Source: Azolla caroliniana (lineage: Eukaryota > Plantae > Polypodiophyta). From it: a stretch of 64,000 nt of DNA. Positions within the stretch are counted from its first letter, which is position 1, and every line of letters begins with the position of its first letter. The translations under genes were made by a program, and so were the position numbers. Location of the stretch: NCBI GenBank assembly GCA_043228905.1, contig JBHGNT010000010.1, forward strand, positions 124,001 through 188,000, read 5' to 3'. The notes beneath the pieces are model-generated. The model did not search any database and had not been told where the DNA came from. It saw only the letters and a list, made by a program, of their open reading frames with translations. Positions 42,121-56,700 of the stretch are shown here, piece by piece.

Positions 42121-45100
42121 TTCGAATCGCAAGTTTGAACACAGAATTTCGGGATCACACGAGCCAGGTATGAACATTTTAATTTATTCACGCGCTCTTC
42201 TCAACTCCTTGCTCAAATTTGGTAATTTCTTCATGTCTCGCGACCTGCGTTTCAAAATCTTGATTTTTTAATTCCATATGATAGGTAGCGTTGTTAGCTT
42301 CGAATCGCATGTTTGAACACAAAAATCCGGGATCACACGAGCCAGGTATGAACATTTTAATTTACTCACGGGCTCCTCTCAACTCCCTCCTCAAATTTGG
42401 TAATTTCTTCATGTCTCTCGACCTGAGTTTCAAAATCTTGAATTTTTAATTCCATATCATAGGTAGCGTTGTTAGCTTCGAATCGCAAGTTTGAACACAG
42501 AATTTCGGGATCACACGAGCCAGGTATGAACATTTTAATTTACTCACGGGCTCCTCTCAACTCCCTCCTCAAATTTGGTAATTTCTTCATGTCTCTCGAC
42601 CTGAGTTTCAAAATCTTGATTTTTTAATTCGATATCATAGCTACCATTGTTAGCTTCGATTCGCATCTTTGAACACAAAAATCCGGGATCACACAAGCGA
42701 GGTATGAACATTTTAATTTACTCACGGGCTCCTCTCAACTCCCTCCTTAAATTTGGTAATTTCTTCATGTCTCTCGACCTGAGTTTCAAAATCTTGATTT
42801 TTTAGTTCCATATTCTAGGTAGCGTTGTTAGCTTCGAATCGCAAGTTTGAACCCAAAAATCCGAGATCACACGAGCCAGGTATGAACATTTTAAATTAGT
42901 CACGGGCTCTTCTCAACTCCTTGCTCAAATTTGGTAATTTCTTCATGTCTCGCGACCTGAGTTTCAAAATTTTGATTTTTTAATTCTATAACATAGGTAG
43001 CGTTGTTAGCTTCGATTCGTATGTTTGAACACAGAAATCCGGGATCACACGAGCCAGGTATAAACATTTTAATTTATTCACGCGCTCTTCTCAACTCCCT
43101 CCTCAAATTTGGTAATTTCTTCATGTCTCTCGACCTGAGTTTCAAAATCTTGAATTTTTAATTGTATATCATAGCTACCATTGTTAGCTTCGATTCGCAT
43201 CTTTGAACACAAAAATCCGGGATCACACGAGCCAGGTATGAACATTTTAATTTACTCACGCGCTCTTCTCAACTCCCTCCTCAAATTTGGTAATTTCTTC
43301 ATGTCTCTCGACCTGAGTTTCAAAATCTTGATTTTTTAATTCCATATCTTAGGTAGCGTTGTTAGCTTCGATTCGCATGTTTGAACACAGAAATCCGGGA
43401 TCACACGAGCCAGGTATGAACATTTTAATTTACTCACGGGCTCCTCTCAACTCCCTCCTCAAATTTGGTAATTTCTTCATGTCTCTCGACCTGAGTTTCA
43501 AAATCTTCATTTTTTAATTCCATATCATAGGTAGCGTTGTTAGCTTCGAATCGCACGTTTGAACACAGAAATTCGGAAGCACACGAGGCAGGTATGAACA
43601 TTTTAATTTATTCACGCGCTCTTCTCAACTCCCTCCTCAAATTTGGTAATTTCTTCATGTCTCTCGACCTGAGTTTCAAAATCTTGATTTTTTAATTCTA
43701 TATCATAGCTAGTGTTGTTAGCTTCGATTCGCATCTTTGAACACAAAAATTTGGTATCACACGAACCAGGTATGAAAATTTTAAATTAGTCACGGGCTCT
43801 TCTCAACTCCCTCCTCAAATTTGGTAATTTCTTCATGTCTCGCGCCCTGAGTTTCAAAATCTTGATTTTTTAATTCCATATCATAGGTAGCGTTGTTAGC
43901 TTCGAATCGCATGTTTGAACACAAAAATCCGATATCACATGCGCCAGGTATGAACATTTTAATTTACTCACGCGCTCTTCTCAACTCCCTCTTCTAACTT
44001 GCCAATTTCTTCATATCTCTCGACCTGAGTTTCAAAATCTTGATTTTTAATTCCATATCATAGGTAGCGTTGTTAGCTTCGATTCACACAGAAATCCGGG
44101 ATCACACGAGGCAGGTATGAACATTTTAATTTATTCACGCGCTCTTCTCAACTCCTTGCTCAAATTTGGTAATTTATTCATGTCTCTCGACCTGAGTTTT
44201 AAAATTTTGATTTTTTAATTCCATATCTTAGGTAGCGTTGTTAGCTTCGATTCGCATCTTTGAACACAAAAATCCGGGATCACACGAGCCAGGTATGAAC
44301 ATTTTAATTTACTCACGGGCTCCTCTCAACTCCCTCCGCAAATTTTGTAATTTCTTCATGTCTCTCGACCTGAGTTTCAAAATCTTGATTTTTTAATTCT
44401 ATATCATAGGTAGCGTTGTTAGCTTCGAATCGCATGTTTGAACACAAAAATCCGGGATAACACGAGGCAGGTATGAACATTTTAATTTACTCATGCGCTC
44501 TTCTCAACTCCCTCCTAAAATGTGGTAATTTCTTCATGTCTCTCGACCTGAGTTTCAAAATCTTGATTTTTTAATTCCATATGATAGGTAGCGTTGTTAG
44601 CTTCGTATCACATGTTTGAACACAAAAATCCGATATCACATGGGCCAGGTATGAACATTTTAATTTACTCACGGGCTCTTCTCAACTCCCTCTTCTAACT
44701 TGCCAATTTCTTCATGTCTCTCGACCTGAGTTTCAAAATCTTGATTGTTTAATTCCATATCATAGGTAGCGTTGTTAGCTTCGATTCGCATGTTTGAACA
44801 CAGAAATCCGGGATCACACGAGCTAGGTATGAACATTTTAATTTACTCAAGGGCTCCTCTCAACTCCCTCCTCAAATTTGGTAATTTCTTCATGTCTCTC
44901 GACCTGAGTTTCAAAATCTTGATTTTTTAATTCCATATCATAGGTAGCGTTGTTAGCTTCGATTCGCATGTTTGAACACAGAAATCCGGGATCACACGAG
45001 CCAGGTATAAACATTTTAATTTATTCACGCGCTCTTCTCAACTCCCTCCTCAAATTTGGTAATTTCTTCATGTCTCTCGACCTGAGTTTCAAAATCTTGA

Positions 45101-46247
45101 TTTTTTAATTCTATATCATAACTACCGTTGTTAGCTTCGATTCGCATCTTTGAACACAAAAATCCGGGATCACACGAGCCAGGTATGAACATTTTAATTT
45201 ACTCACGCGCTCTTCTCAACTCCCTCCTCAAATTTGGTAATTTCTTCATGTCTCTCGACCTGAGTTTCAAAATCTTGATTTTTTAATTCCATATCTTAGG
45301 TAGCGTTGTTAGCTTCGATTCGCATGTTTGAACACAGAAATCCGGGATCACACGAGCCAGGTATGAACATTTTAATTTACTCACGGGCTCCTCTCAACTC
45401 CCTCCTCAAATTTGGTATTTTCTTCATGACTCTCGACCTGAGTTTCAATATCCTGATTTTTTAATTCCATATTCTAGGTTAAGTTGTTAGCTTCGAATCG
45501 CAAGTTTGAACACAAAAATCCGAGATCACACGAGCCAGGTATGAACATTTTAAATTAGTCACGGGCTCTTCTCAACTCCTTCTTCTAACTTGCCAATTTC
45601 TTCATGTCTCTCGACCTGAGTTTCAAAATCTTGATTTTTTAATTCCATATCATAGGTAGCGTTGTTAGCTTCGAATCGCATGTTTGAACACAAAAATCCG
45701 ATATCACATGCGCCAGGTATGAACATTTTAATTTACTCACGCGCTCTTCTCAACTCCCTCTTCTAACTTGCCAATTTCTTCATATCTCTCGACCTGAGTT
45801 TCAAAATCTTGATTTTTAATTCCATATCATAGGTAGCGTTGTTAGCTTCGATTCGCCTGTTTGAACACAGAAATCCGGGATCACACGAGCCAGGTATGAA
45901 CATTTTAATTTATTCACGCGCTCTTCTCAACTCCCTCCTCAAATTTGGTAATTTCTTCATGTCTCTCGACCTGAGTTTCAAAATCTTGATTTTTTAATTC
46001 CATATCATAGCTAGCATTGTTAGCTTCGATTCGCATCTTTGAACACAAAAATCCGGGATCACACGAGCCAGGTATGAACATTTTAATTTACTCACAGGGT
46101 CCTCTCAACTCCCTCCGCAAATTTGGTAATTTCTTCATGTCTCTCGACCTGAGTTTCAAAATCTTGATTTTTTAATTCCATATTCTAGCTAGCGTTGTTA
46201 GCTTCGAATCGCAAGTTTGAACACAAAAATCCGAGATCACACGAGCC

Positions 46248-49200
46248 AGGTATGAACATTTTAATTTACTCATGCGCTCTTCTCAACTCCCTCCTAAAAT
46301 CTGGTAATTTCTTCATGTCTCTCGACCTGAGTTTCAAAATCTTGATTTTTTAATTCCATATCATAGGTAGCGTTGTTAGCTTCGTATCACATGTTTGAAC
46401 ACAAAAATCCGATATCACATGGGCCAGGTATGAACATTTTAATTTACTCACGGGCTCTTCTCAACTCCCTCTTCTAACTTGCCAATTTCTTCATGTCTGT
46501 CGACCTGAGTTTCAAAATCTTGATTGTTTAATTCCATATCATAGGTAGCGTTGTTAGCTTCGATTCGCATGTTTGAACACAGAAATCCGGGATCACACGA
46601 GCTAGGTATGAACATTTTAATTTACTCAAGGGCTCCTCTCAACTCCCTCCTCAAATTTGGTAATTTCTTCATGTCTCTCGACCTGAGTTTCAAAATCTTC
46701 ATTTTTTAATTCCATATCATAGGTAGTGTTGTTAGTTTCGAATCGCAAGTTTGAAGACAGAAATTCGGGATCACACGAGCCAGGTAAGAACATTTTAATT
46801 TATTCACGCGCTCTTCTCAACTCCCTCCTCAAATTTGGTAATTTCTTCATGTCTCTCGACCTGAGTTTCAAAATCTTGATTTTTTAATTCCATATCATAG
46901 GTAGCGTTGTTAGCTTCGATTCGCATGTTTGAACACAGAAATCCGGGATCACACGAGCCAAATATGAACATTTTAATTTATTCACACGCTCTTCTCAACC
47001 TCCTCCTCAAATTTGGTAATTTCTTCATGTCTCTCGACATGAGTTTCAAAATCTTGATTTTTTAATTCTATATCATAGCTAGCATTGTTAGCTTCGAATC
47101 GCATGTTTGAAAACAAAAATCCGGGATCACACGAGCCAGGTATGAACATTTTAATTTACTCACGGGCTCCTCTCAACTCCCTCCTCAAATTTGGTAATTT
47201 CTTCATGTCTCTCGACCTGAGTTTCAAAATCTTGATTTTCTAATTCTATATCATAGGTAGCGTTGTTAGCTTCGAATCGCATGTTTGAACACAAAAATCC
47301 GGAATCACACGAGCCAGGTATGAACATTTTAATTTACTCACGGGCTCCTCTCAACTCCCTCCTCAAATTTGGTAATTTCTTCATGTCTCTCGACCTGAGT
47401 TTCAAAATCTTGATTTTCTAATTCTATATCATAGGTAGCGTTGTTAGCTTCGAATCGCATGTTTGAACACAAAAATCCGGGATCACACGAGGCAGGTATG
47501 AACATTTTAATTTACTCACGGGCTCCTCTCAACTCCCTCCTTAAATTTGGTAATTTCTTCATGTCTCTCGACCTGAGTTTCAAAATCTTGATTTTTTAGT
47601 TCCATATTCTAGGTAGCGTTGTTAGCTTCGAATCGCAAGTTTGAACCCAAAAATCCGAGATCACACGAGCCAGGTATGAACATTTTAAATTAGTCACGGG
47701 CTCTTCTCAACTCCTTGCTCAAATTTGGTAATTTCTTCATGTCTCGCGACCTGCGTTTCAAAATCTTGATTTTTTAATTCCATATCATAGGCAGCGTTGT
47801 TAGCTTCGCATCGCATGTTTGAACACAAAAATCCGGGATCACACGAGCCAGGTATGAACATTTTAATTTACTCACGGGCTCCTCTCAACTCCCTCCTCAA
47901 ATTTGGTAATTTCTTCATGTCTCTCGACCTGAGTTTCAAAATCTTGATTTTTTAATTCCATATCATAGGTAGCGTTGTTAGCTTCGAATCGCATGTTTGA
48001 ACACAAAAATCCGATATCACATGCGCCAGGTATGAACATTTTAATTTACTCACGCGCTCTTCTCAACTCCCTCTTCTAACTTGCCAATTTCTTCATATCT
48101 CTCGACCTGAGTTTCAAAATCTTGATTTTTAATTCCATATCATAGGTAGCGTTGTTAGCTTCGATTCACACAGAAATCCGGGATCACACGAGGCAGGTAT
48201 GAACATTTTAATTTATTCACGCGCTCTTCTCAACTCCTTGCTCAAATTTGGTAATTTCTTCATGTCTCTCGACCTGAGTTTTAAAATTTTGATTTTTTAA
48301 TTCCATATCTTAGGTAGCGTTGTTAGCTTCGATTCGCATCTTTGAACACAAAAATCCGGGATCACACGAGCCAGGTATGAACATTTTAATTTACTCACGG
48401 GCTCCTCTCAACTCCCTCCGCAAATTTTGTAATTTCTTCATGTCTCTCGACCTGAGTTTCAAAATCTTGATTTTTTAATTCTATATCATAGGTAGCGTTG
48501 TTAGCTTCGAATCGCATGTTTGAACACAAAAATCCGGGATAACACGAGGCAGGTATGAACATTTTAATTTACTCATGCGCTCTTCTCAACTCCCTCCTAA
48601 AATGTGGTAATTTCTTCATGTCTCTCGACCTGAGTTTCAAAATCTTGATTTTTTAATTCCATATGATAGGTAGCGTTGTTAGCTTCGTATCACATGTTTG
48701 AACACAAAAATCCGATATCACATGGGCCAGGTATGAACATTTTAATTTACTCACGGGCTCTTCTCAACTCCCTCTTCTAACTTGCCAATTTCTTCATGTC
48801 TCTCGACCTGAGTTTCAAAATCTTGATTGTTTAATTCCATATCATAGGTAGCGTTGTTAGCTTCGATTCGCATGTTTGAACACAGAAATCCGGGATCACA
48901 CGAGCTAGGTATGAACATTTTAATTTACTCAAGGGCTCCTCTCAACTCCCTCCTCAAATTTGGTAATTTCTTCATGTCTCTCGACCTGAGTTTCAAAATC
49001 TTCATTTTTTAATTCCATATCATAGGTAGTGTTGTTAGTTTCGAATCGCAAGTTTGAAGACAGAAATTCGGGATCACACGAGCCAGGTAAGAACATTTTA
49101 ATTTATTCACGCGCTCTTCTCAACTCCCTCCTCAAATTTGGTAATTTCTTCATGTCTCTCGACCTGAGTTTCAAAATCTTGATTTTTTAATTCCATATCA

Positions 49201-51485
49201 TAGGTAGCGTTGTTAGCTTCGATTCGCATGTTTGAACACAGAAATCCGGGATCACACGAGCCAAATATGAACATTTTAATTTATTCACACGCTCTTCTCA
49301 ACCTGCTCCTCAAATTTGGTAATTTCTTCATGTCTCTCGACATGAGTTTCAAAATCTTGATTTTTTAATTCTATATCATAGCTAGCATTGTTAGCTTCGA
49401 ATCGCATGTTTGAAAACAAAAATCCGGGATCACACGAGCCAGGTATGAACATTTTAATTTACTCACGGGCTCCTCTCAACTCCCTCCTCAAATTTGGTAA
49501 TTTCTTCATGTCTCTCGACCTGAGTTTCAAAATCTTGATTTTCTAATTCTATATCATAGGTAGCGTTGTTAGCTTCGAATCGCATGTTTGAACACAAAAA
49601 TCCGGAATCACACGAGCCAGGTATGAACATTTTAATTTACTCACGGGCTCCTCTCAACTCCCTCCTCAAATTTGGTAATTTCTTCATGTCTCTCGACCTG
49701 AGTTTCAAAATCTTGATTTTCTAATTCTATATCATAGGTAGCGTTGTTAGCTTCGAATCGCATGTTTGAACACAAAAATCCGGGATCACACGAGGCAGGT
49801 ATGAACATTTTAATTTACTCACGGGCTCCTCTCAACTCCCTCCTTAAATTTGGTAATTTCTTCATGTCTCTCGACCTGAGTTTCAAAATCTTGATTTTTT
49901 AGTTCCATATTCTAGGTAGCGTTGTTAGCTTCGAATCGCAAGTTTGAACCCAAAAATCCGAGATCACACGAGCCAGGTATGAACATTTTAAATTAGTCAC
50001 GGGCTCTTCTCAACTCCTTGCTCAAATTTGGTAATTTCTTCATGTCTCGCGACCTGCGTTTCAAAATCTTGATTTTTTAATTCCATATCATAGGCAGCGT
50101 TGTTAGCTTCGCATCGCATGTTTGAACACAAAAATCCGGGATCACACGAGCCAGGTATGAACATTTTAATTTACTCACGGGCTCCTCTCAACTCCCTCCT
50201 CAAATTTGGTAATTTCTTCATGTCTCTCGACCTGAGTTTCAAAATCTTGATTTTTTAATTCCATATCATAGGTAGCGTTGTTAGCTTCGAATCGCATGTT
50301 TGAACACAAAAATCCGATATCACATGCGCCAGGTATGAACATTTTAATTTACTCACGCGCTCTTCTCAACTCCCTCTTCTAACTTGCCAATTTCTTCATA
50401 TCTCTCGACCTGAGTTTCAAAATCTTGATTTTTAATTCCATATCATAGGTAGCGTTGTTAGCTTCGATTCACACAGAAATCCGGGATCACACGAGGCAGG
50501 TATGAACATTTTAATTTATTCACGCGCTCTTCTCAACTCCTTGCTCAAATTTGGTAATTTCTTCATGTCTCTCGACCTGAGTTTTAAAATTTTGATTTTT
50601 TAATTCCATATCTTAGGTAGCGTTGTTAGCTTCGATTCGCATCTTTGAACACAAAAATCCGGGATCACACGAGCCAGGTATGAACATTTTAATTTACTCA
50701 CGGGCTCCTCTCAACTCCCTCCGCAAATTTTGTAATTTCTTCATGTCTCTCGACCTGAGTTTCAAAATCTTGATTTTTTAATTCTATATCATAGGTAGCG
50801 TTGTTAGCTTCGAATCGCATGTTTGAACACAAAAATCCGGGATAACACGAGGCAGGTATGAACATTTTAATTTACTCATGCGCTCTTCTCAACTCCCTCC
50901 TAAAATGTGGTAATTTCTTCATGTCTCTCGACCTGAGTTTCAAAATCTTGATTTTTTAATTCCATATGATAGGTAGCGTTGTTAGCTTCGTATCACATGT
51001 TTGAACACAAAAATCCGATATCACATGGGCCAGGTATGAACATTTTAATTTACTCACGGGCTCTTCTCAACTCCCTCTTCTAACTTGCCAATTTCTTCAT
51101 GTCTCTCGACCTGAGTTTCAAAATCTTGATTGTTTAATTCCATATCATAGGTAGCGTTGTTAGCTTCGATTCGCATGTTTGAACACAGAAATCCGGGATC
51201 ACACGAGCTAGGTATGAACATTTTAATTTACTCAAGGGCTCCTCTCAACTCCCTCCTCAAATTTGGTAATTTCTTCATGTCTCTCGACCTGAGATTCAAA
51301 ATCTTCATTTTTTAATTCCATATCATAGGTAGTGTTGTTAGTTTCGAATCGCAAGTTTGAAGACAGAAATTCGGGATCACACGAGCCAGGTAAGAACATT
51401 TTAATTTATTCACGCGCTCTTCTCAACTCCCTCCTCAAATTTGGTAATTTCTTCATGTCTCTCGACCTGAGTTTCAAAATCTTGA
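46248..51485. repeat. 13-monomer HOR (2303 bp), about 2.3 tandem copies
   Basis: The 10-bp deletion GATTC|ACACAG is at 48163/50466 and CATGCG at 46271/48574. GAAGACAG, GGCAGCG and TTCGCATCG recur at the period 2303 = 13x178-10-1. Confidence 0.93.
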
Positions 51486-52099
51486 CATTGTTAGCTTCGA
51501 ATCGCATGTTTGAAAACAAAAATCCGATATCACTTGCGCCAGGTATGAACATTTTAATTTACTCACGGGCTCTTCTCAACTCCCTCTTCTAACTTGCCAA
51601 TTTCTTCATAGGTAGCGTGTTTGAACACAGAAGTCCGGGATCACACGAGCCAGGTATGAACATTTTAAATTAGTCACGGGCTATTCTCAACTCCCTCCTC
51701 AAATTTGGTAATTTCTTCATGTCTCTCGACCTGAGTTTTAAAATCTTGATTTTTTAATTCCAAATCTTAGGTAGCGTTGTTAGCTTCGATTCGCATGTTT
51801 GAACACAGAAATCCGGGATCACACGAGCCAGTATAAACATTTTAATTTACTCACCCGCTCTTCTCAACTCCCTCCTCAAATTTGATAATTTCTTCATGTC
51901 TCTCGACATGAGTTTCAAAATCTTGATTTATTAATTCCATATCATAGGTAGCGTTGTTAGCTTCGAATCGCATGTTTGAACACAAAAATCCGATATCACT
52001 TGCGCCAGGTATGAACATTTTAATTTACTCACGGGCTCTTCTCAACTCCCTCTTCTAACTTGCCAATTTCTTCATGTCTCTCGACCTGAGTTTCAAAAT

Positions 52100-53720
52100 C
52101 TTGATTTTTTAATTCTATAACATAGGTAGCGTTGTTAGCTTCGATTCGTATGTTTGAACACAGAAATCCGGGATCACACGAGCCAGGTATAAACATTTTA
52201 ATTTATTCACGCGCTCTTCTCAACTCCCTCCTCAAATTTGGTAATTTCTTCATGTCTCTCGACCTGAGTTTCAAAATCTTGAATTTTTAATTGTATATCA
52301 TAGCTACCATTGTTAGCTTCGATTCGCATCTTTGAACACAAAAATCCGGGATCACACGAGCCAGGTATGAACATTTTAATTTACTCACGCGCTCTTCTCA
52401 ACTCCCTCCTCAAATTTGGTAATTTCTTCATGTCTCTCGACCTGAGTTTCAAAATCTTGATTTTTTAATTCCATATCTTAGGTAGCGTTGTTAGCTTCGA
52501 TTCGCATGTTTGAACACAGAAATCCGGGATCACACGAGCCAGGTATGAACATTTTAATTTACTCACGGGCTCCTCTCAACTCCCTCCTCAAATTTGGTAA
52601 TTTCTTCATGTCTCTCGACCTGAGTTTCAAAATCTTCATTTTTTAATTCCATATCATAGGTAGCGTTGTTAGCTTCGAATCGCACGTTTGAACACAGAAA
52701 TTCGGAAGCACACGAGGCAGGTATGAACATTTTAATTTATTCACGCGCTCTTCTCAACTCCCTCCTCAAATTTGGTAATTTCTTCATGTCTCTCGACCTG
52801 AGTTTCAAAATCTTGATTTTTTAATTCTATATCATACCTAGTGTTGTTAGCTTCGATTCGCATCTTTGAACACAAAAATTTGGTATCACACGAACCAGGT
52901 ATGAAAATTTTAAATTAGTCACGGGCTCTTCTCAACTCCCTCCTCAAATTTGGTAATTTCTTCATGTCTCGCGCCCTGAGTTTCAAAATCTTGATTTTTT
53001 AATTCCATATCTTAGGTAGCGTTGTTAGCTTCGAATCGCAAGTTTGAACACAAAAATCCGAGATCACACGAGCCAGGTATGAACATTTTAATTTACTCTC
53101 CGGCTCTTCTCAACTCCCTCTTCTAACTTGCCAATTTCTTCATGTCTCTCGACCTGAGTTTCAAAATCTTGATTTTTTAATTCCATATCATAGGTAGCGT
53201 TGTTAGCTTCGATTCGCATGTTTGAACACAGAAATCCGGGATCACACGAGCCAGGTATGAACATTTTAAATTAGTCACGGGCTCTTCTCAATTCCTTCTT
53301 CTAACTTGCCAATTTCTTCATGTCTCTCGACCTGAGTTTCAAAATCTTGATTTTTTAATTCCATATCATAGGTAGCGTTGTTAGCTTCGAATCGCATGTT
53401 TGAACACAAAAATCCGATATCACTTGCGCCAGGTATGAACATTTTAATTTACTCACGGGCTCTTCTCAACTCCCTCTTCTAACTTGCCAATTTCTTCATG
53501 TCTCTCGACCTGAGTTTCAAAATCTTGATTTTATAATTCCATATCATAGGTAGCGTTGTTAGCTTCGAGTCGCATGTTTGAACACAGAAATCCGGGATCA
53601 CACGAGCCAAATATGAACATTTTAATTTATTCACGCGCTCTTCTCAACCTCCTCCTCAAATTTGGTAATTTCTTCATGTCTCTCGACCTGAGTTTCAAAA
53701 CCTTGATTTTTTAATTCTAT
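52100..53720. repeat. Block of about 9 monomers duplicated at about 57430-59050 (offset 5330); its first about 5 monomers also occur at about 42980-43870
   Basis: CGCACGTTTG is at 43552, 52681 and 58011. TTTGGTATCACACGAACC and GATTCGTATG follow the same register; 5330 = 30x178-9-1. Confidence 0.85.
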
Positions 53721-56700
53721 ATCATAGCTAGCATTGTTAGCTTCGAATCGCATGTTTGAACACAAAAATCCGGGATCACACGAGGCAGGTATGAACATTT
53801 TAATTTACTCACGGGCTCCTCTCAACTCCCTCCTCAAATTTGGTAATTTCTTCATGTCTCTCGACCTGAGTTTCAAAATCTTGAATTTTTAATTGTATAT
53901 CATAGGTAGCGTTGTTAGCTTCGAATCGCATGTTTGAACACAAAAATCCGGGATCACACGAGCCAGGTATGAACATTTTAATTTACTCACGGGCTCCTCT
54001 TAACTCCCTCCTCAAATTTCGTAATTTCTTCATGTCTCTCGACCTGAGTTTCAAAATCTTGATTTTTTAATTCTATATCATAGGTAGCGTTGTTAGCTTC
54101 GAATCGCATGTTTGAACACAAAAATCCGGGATCACACGAGGCAGGTATGAACATTTTAATTTACTCACGGGCTCCTCTCAACTCCCTCTTCTAACTCGCT
54201 AATTTGTTCATGTCTCTCGACCTGAGTTTCAAAATCTTGATTTATTAATTCCATATCATAGGTAGCCTTGTTAGCTTCGAATCACATGTTTGAACACAAA
54301 AATCCGATATCACATGGGCCAGGTATGAACATTTTAATTTACTCACGGGCTCTTCTCAACTCCCTCCTCAAATTTGGTACTTTCTTCATGTCTCTCGACC
54401 TGAGTTTCAAAATCTTGATTTTTTAATTCTATAACATAGGTAGCGTTGTTAGCTTCGAATCCCATGTTTGAACACAAAAATCCGGGATCACACGAGCCAG
54501 GTATGAACATTTTAATTTACTCACGGGCTCCTCTCAACTCCCTCCTCAAATTTGGTAATTTCTTCATGTCTCTCGACCTGAGTTTCAAAATCTTGATTTT
54601 TTAATTCTATATCATAGGTAGCGTTGTTAGCTTCGAATCGCATATTTGAACACAAAAATCCGGGATCACACGAGCCAGGTCTGAACATTTTAATTTACTC
54701 ACGGGCTCCTCTCAACTCCCTCCTCAAATTTGGTAATTTCTTCATGTCTCTCGACCTGAGTTTCAAAATCTTGAATTTTTAATTGTATATCATAGGTAGC
54801 GTTGTTAGCTTCGAATCACATGTTTGAACACAAAAATCCGATATCACACGAGCCAGGTATGAACATTTTAATTTACTCACGCGCTCTTCTCAACTCCCTC
54901 CTCAAATTTGATAATTTTTTCATGTCTCTCGACCTGAGTTTCAAAATCTTGATTTTTTAATTCCATATCATAGGTAGCGTTGTTAGCTTCGATTCGCATG
55001 TTTGAACACAGAAGTCCGGGATCACACGAGCCAGGTATGAACATTTTAAATTAGTCACGGGCTATTCTCAACTCCCTCCTCAAATTTGGTAATTTCTTCA
55101 TGTCTCTCGACCTGAGTTTTAAAATCTTGATTTTTTAATTCCAAATCTTAGGTAGCGTTGTTAGCTTCGTATCACATGTTTGAACACAAAAATCCGATAT
55201 CACATGGGCCAGGTATGAACATTTTAATTTACTCACGGGCTCTTCTCAACTCCCTCTTCTAACTTGCCAATTTCTTCATGTCTCTCGACCTGAGTTTCAA
55301 AATCTTGATTGTTTAATTCCATATCATAGGTAGCGTTGTTAGCTTCGATTCGCATGTTTGAACACAGAAATCCGGGATCACACGAGCTAGGTATGAACAT
55401 TTTAATTTACTCACGGGCTCCTCTCAACTCCCTCCTCAAATTTGGTAATTTCTTCATGTCTCTCGACCTGAGTTTCAAAATCTTCATTTTTTAATTCCAT
55501 ATCATAGGTAGTGTTGTTAGTTTCGAATCGCATGTTTGAACACAAAAATCTGAGATCACACGAACCAGGTATGAACATTTTAATTTACTCACGCGCTCTT
55601 CTCAACTCCCTCCTCAAATTTGATAATTTTTTCATGTCTCTCGACCTGAGTTTCAAAATCTTGATTTTTTAATTCCATATCATAGGTAGCGTTGTTAGCT
55701 TCGATTCGCATGTTTGAACACAGAAGTCCGGGATCACACGAGCCAGGTATGAACATTTTAAATTAGTCACGGGCTATTCTCAACTCCCTCCTCAAATTTG
55801 GTAATTTCTTCATGTCTCTCGACCTGAGTTTCAAAATCTTGAATTTTTAATTCTATATCATAGGTAGCGTTGTTAGCTTCGAATCGCATGTTTGAACACA
55901 AAAATCCGATATCACTTGCGCCAGGTATGAACATTTTAATTTACTCACGGGCTCTTCTCAACTCCCTCTTCTAACTTGCCAATTTCTTCATGTCTCTCGA
56001 CCTGAGTTTCAAAATCTTGATTTTTTAATTCCATATCATTGGTAGCGTTGTTAGCTTCGATTCGTATGTTTGAACACAGAAATCCGGGATCACACGAGCC
56101 AGGTATAAACACAGAACCCGCTCTTCTCGACTCCCTCTTCTAACTTGCCAATTTCTTCATGTCTCTCGACCTGAGTTTCAAAATCTTGATTTTTTAATTC
56201 CATATCTTAGGTAGCGTTGTTAGCTTCGAATCGCAAGTTTGAACACAAAAATCTGAGATCACACGAACCAGGTATGAACATTTTAATTTACTCACGCGCT
56301 CTTCTCAACTCCCTCCTCAAATTTGATAATTTTTTCATGTCTCTCGACCTGAGTTTCAAAATCTTGATTTTTTAATTCCATATCATAGGTAGCGTTGTTA
56401 GCTTCGATTCGCATGTTTGAACACAGAAGTCCTGGATCACACGAGCCAGGTATGAACATTTTAAATTAGTCACGGGCTATTCTCAACTCCCTCCTCAAAT
56501 TTGGTAATTTCTTCATGTCTCTCGACCTGAGTTTTAAAATCTTGATTTTTTAATTCCAAATCTTAGGTAGCGTTGTTAGCTTCGATTCGCATGTTTGAAC
56601 ACAGAAATCCGGGATCACACGAGCCAGTATAAACATTTTAATTTACTCACCCGCTCTTCTCAACTCCCTCCTCAAATTTGATAATTTCTTCATGTCTCTC

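Noticed and set aside
51332-51592. 86-aa ORF
   Set aside because: It results from the 25-bp deletion, which removes the stop codon and gives a 153-bp in-frame unit of satellite sequence.
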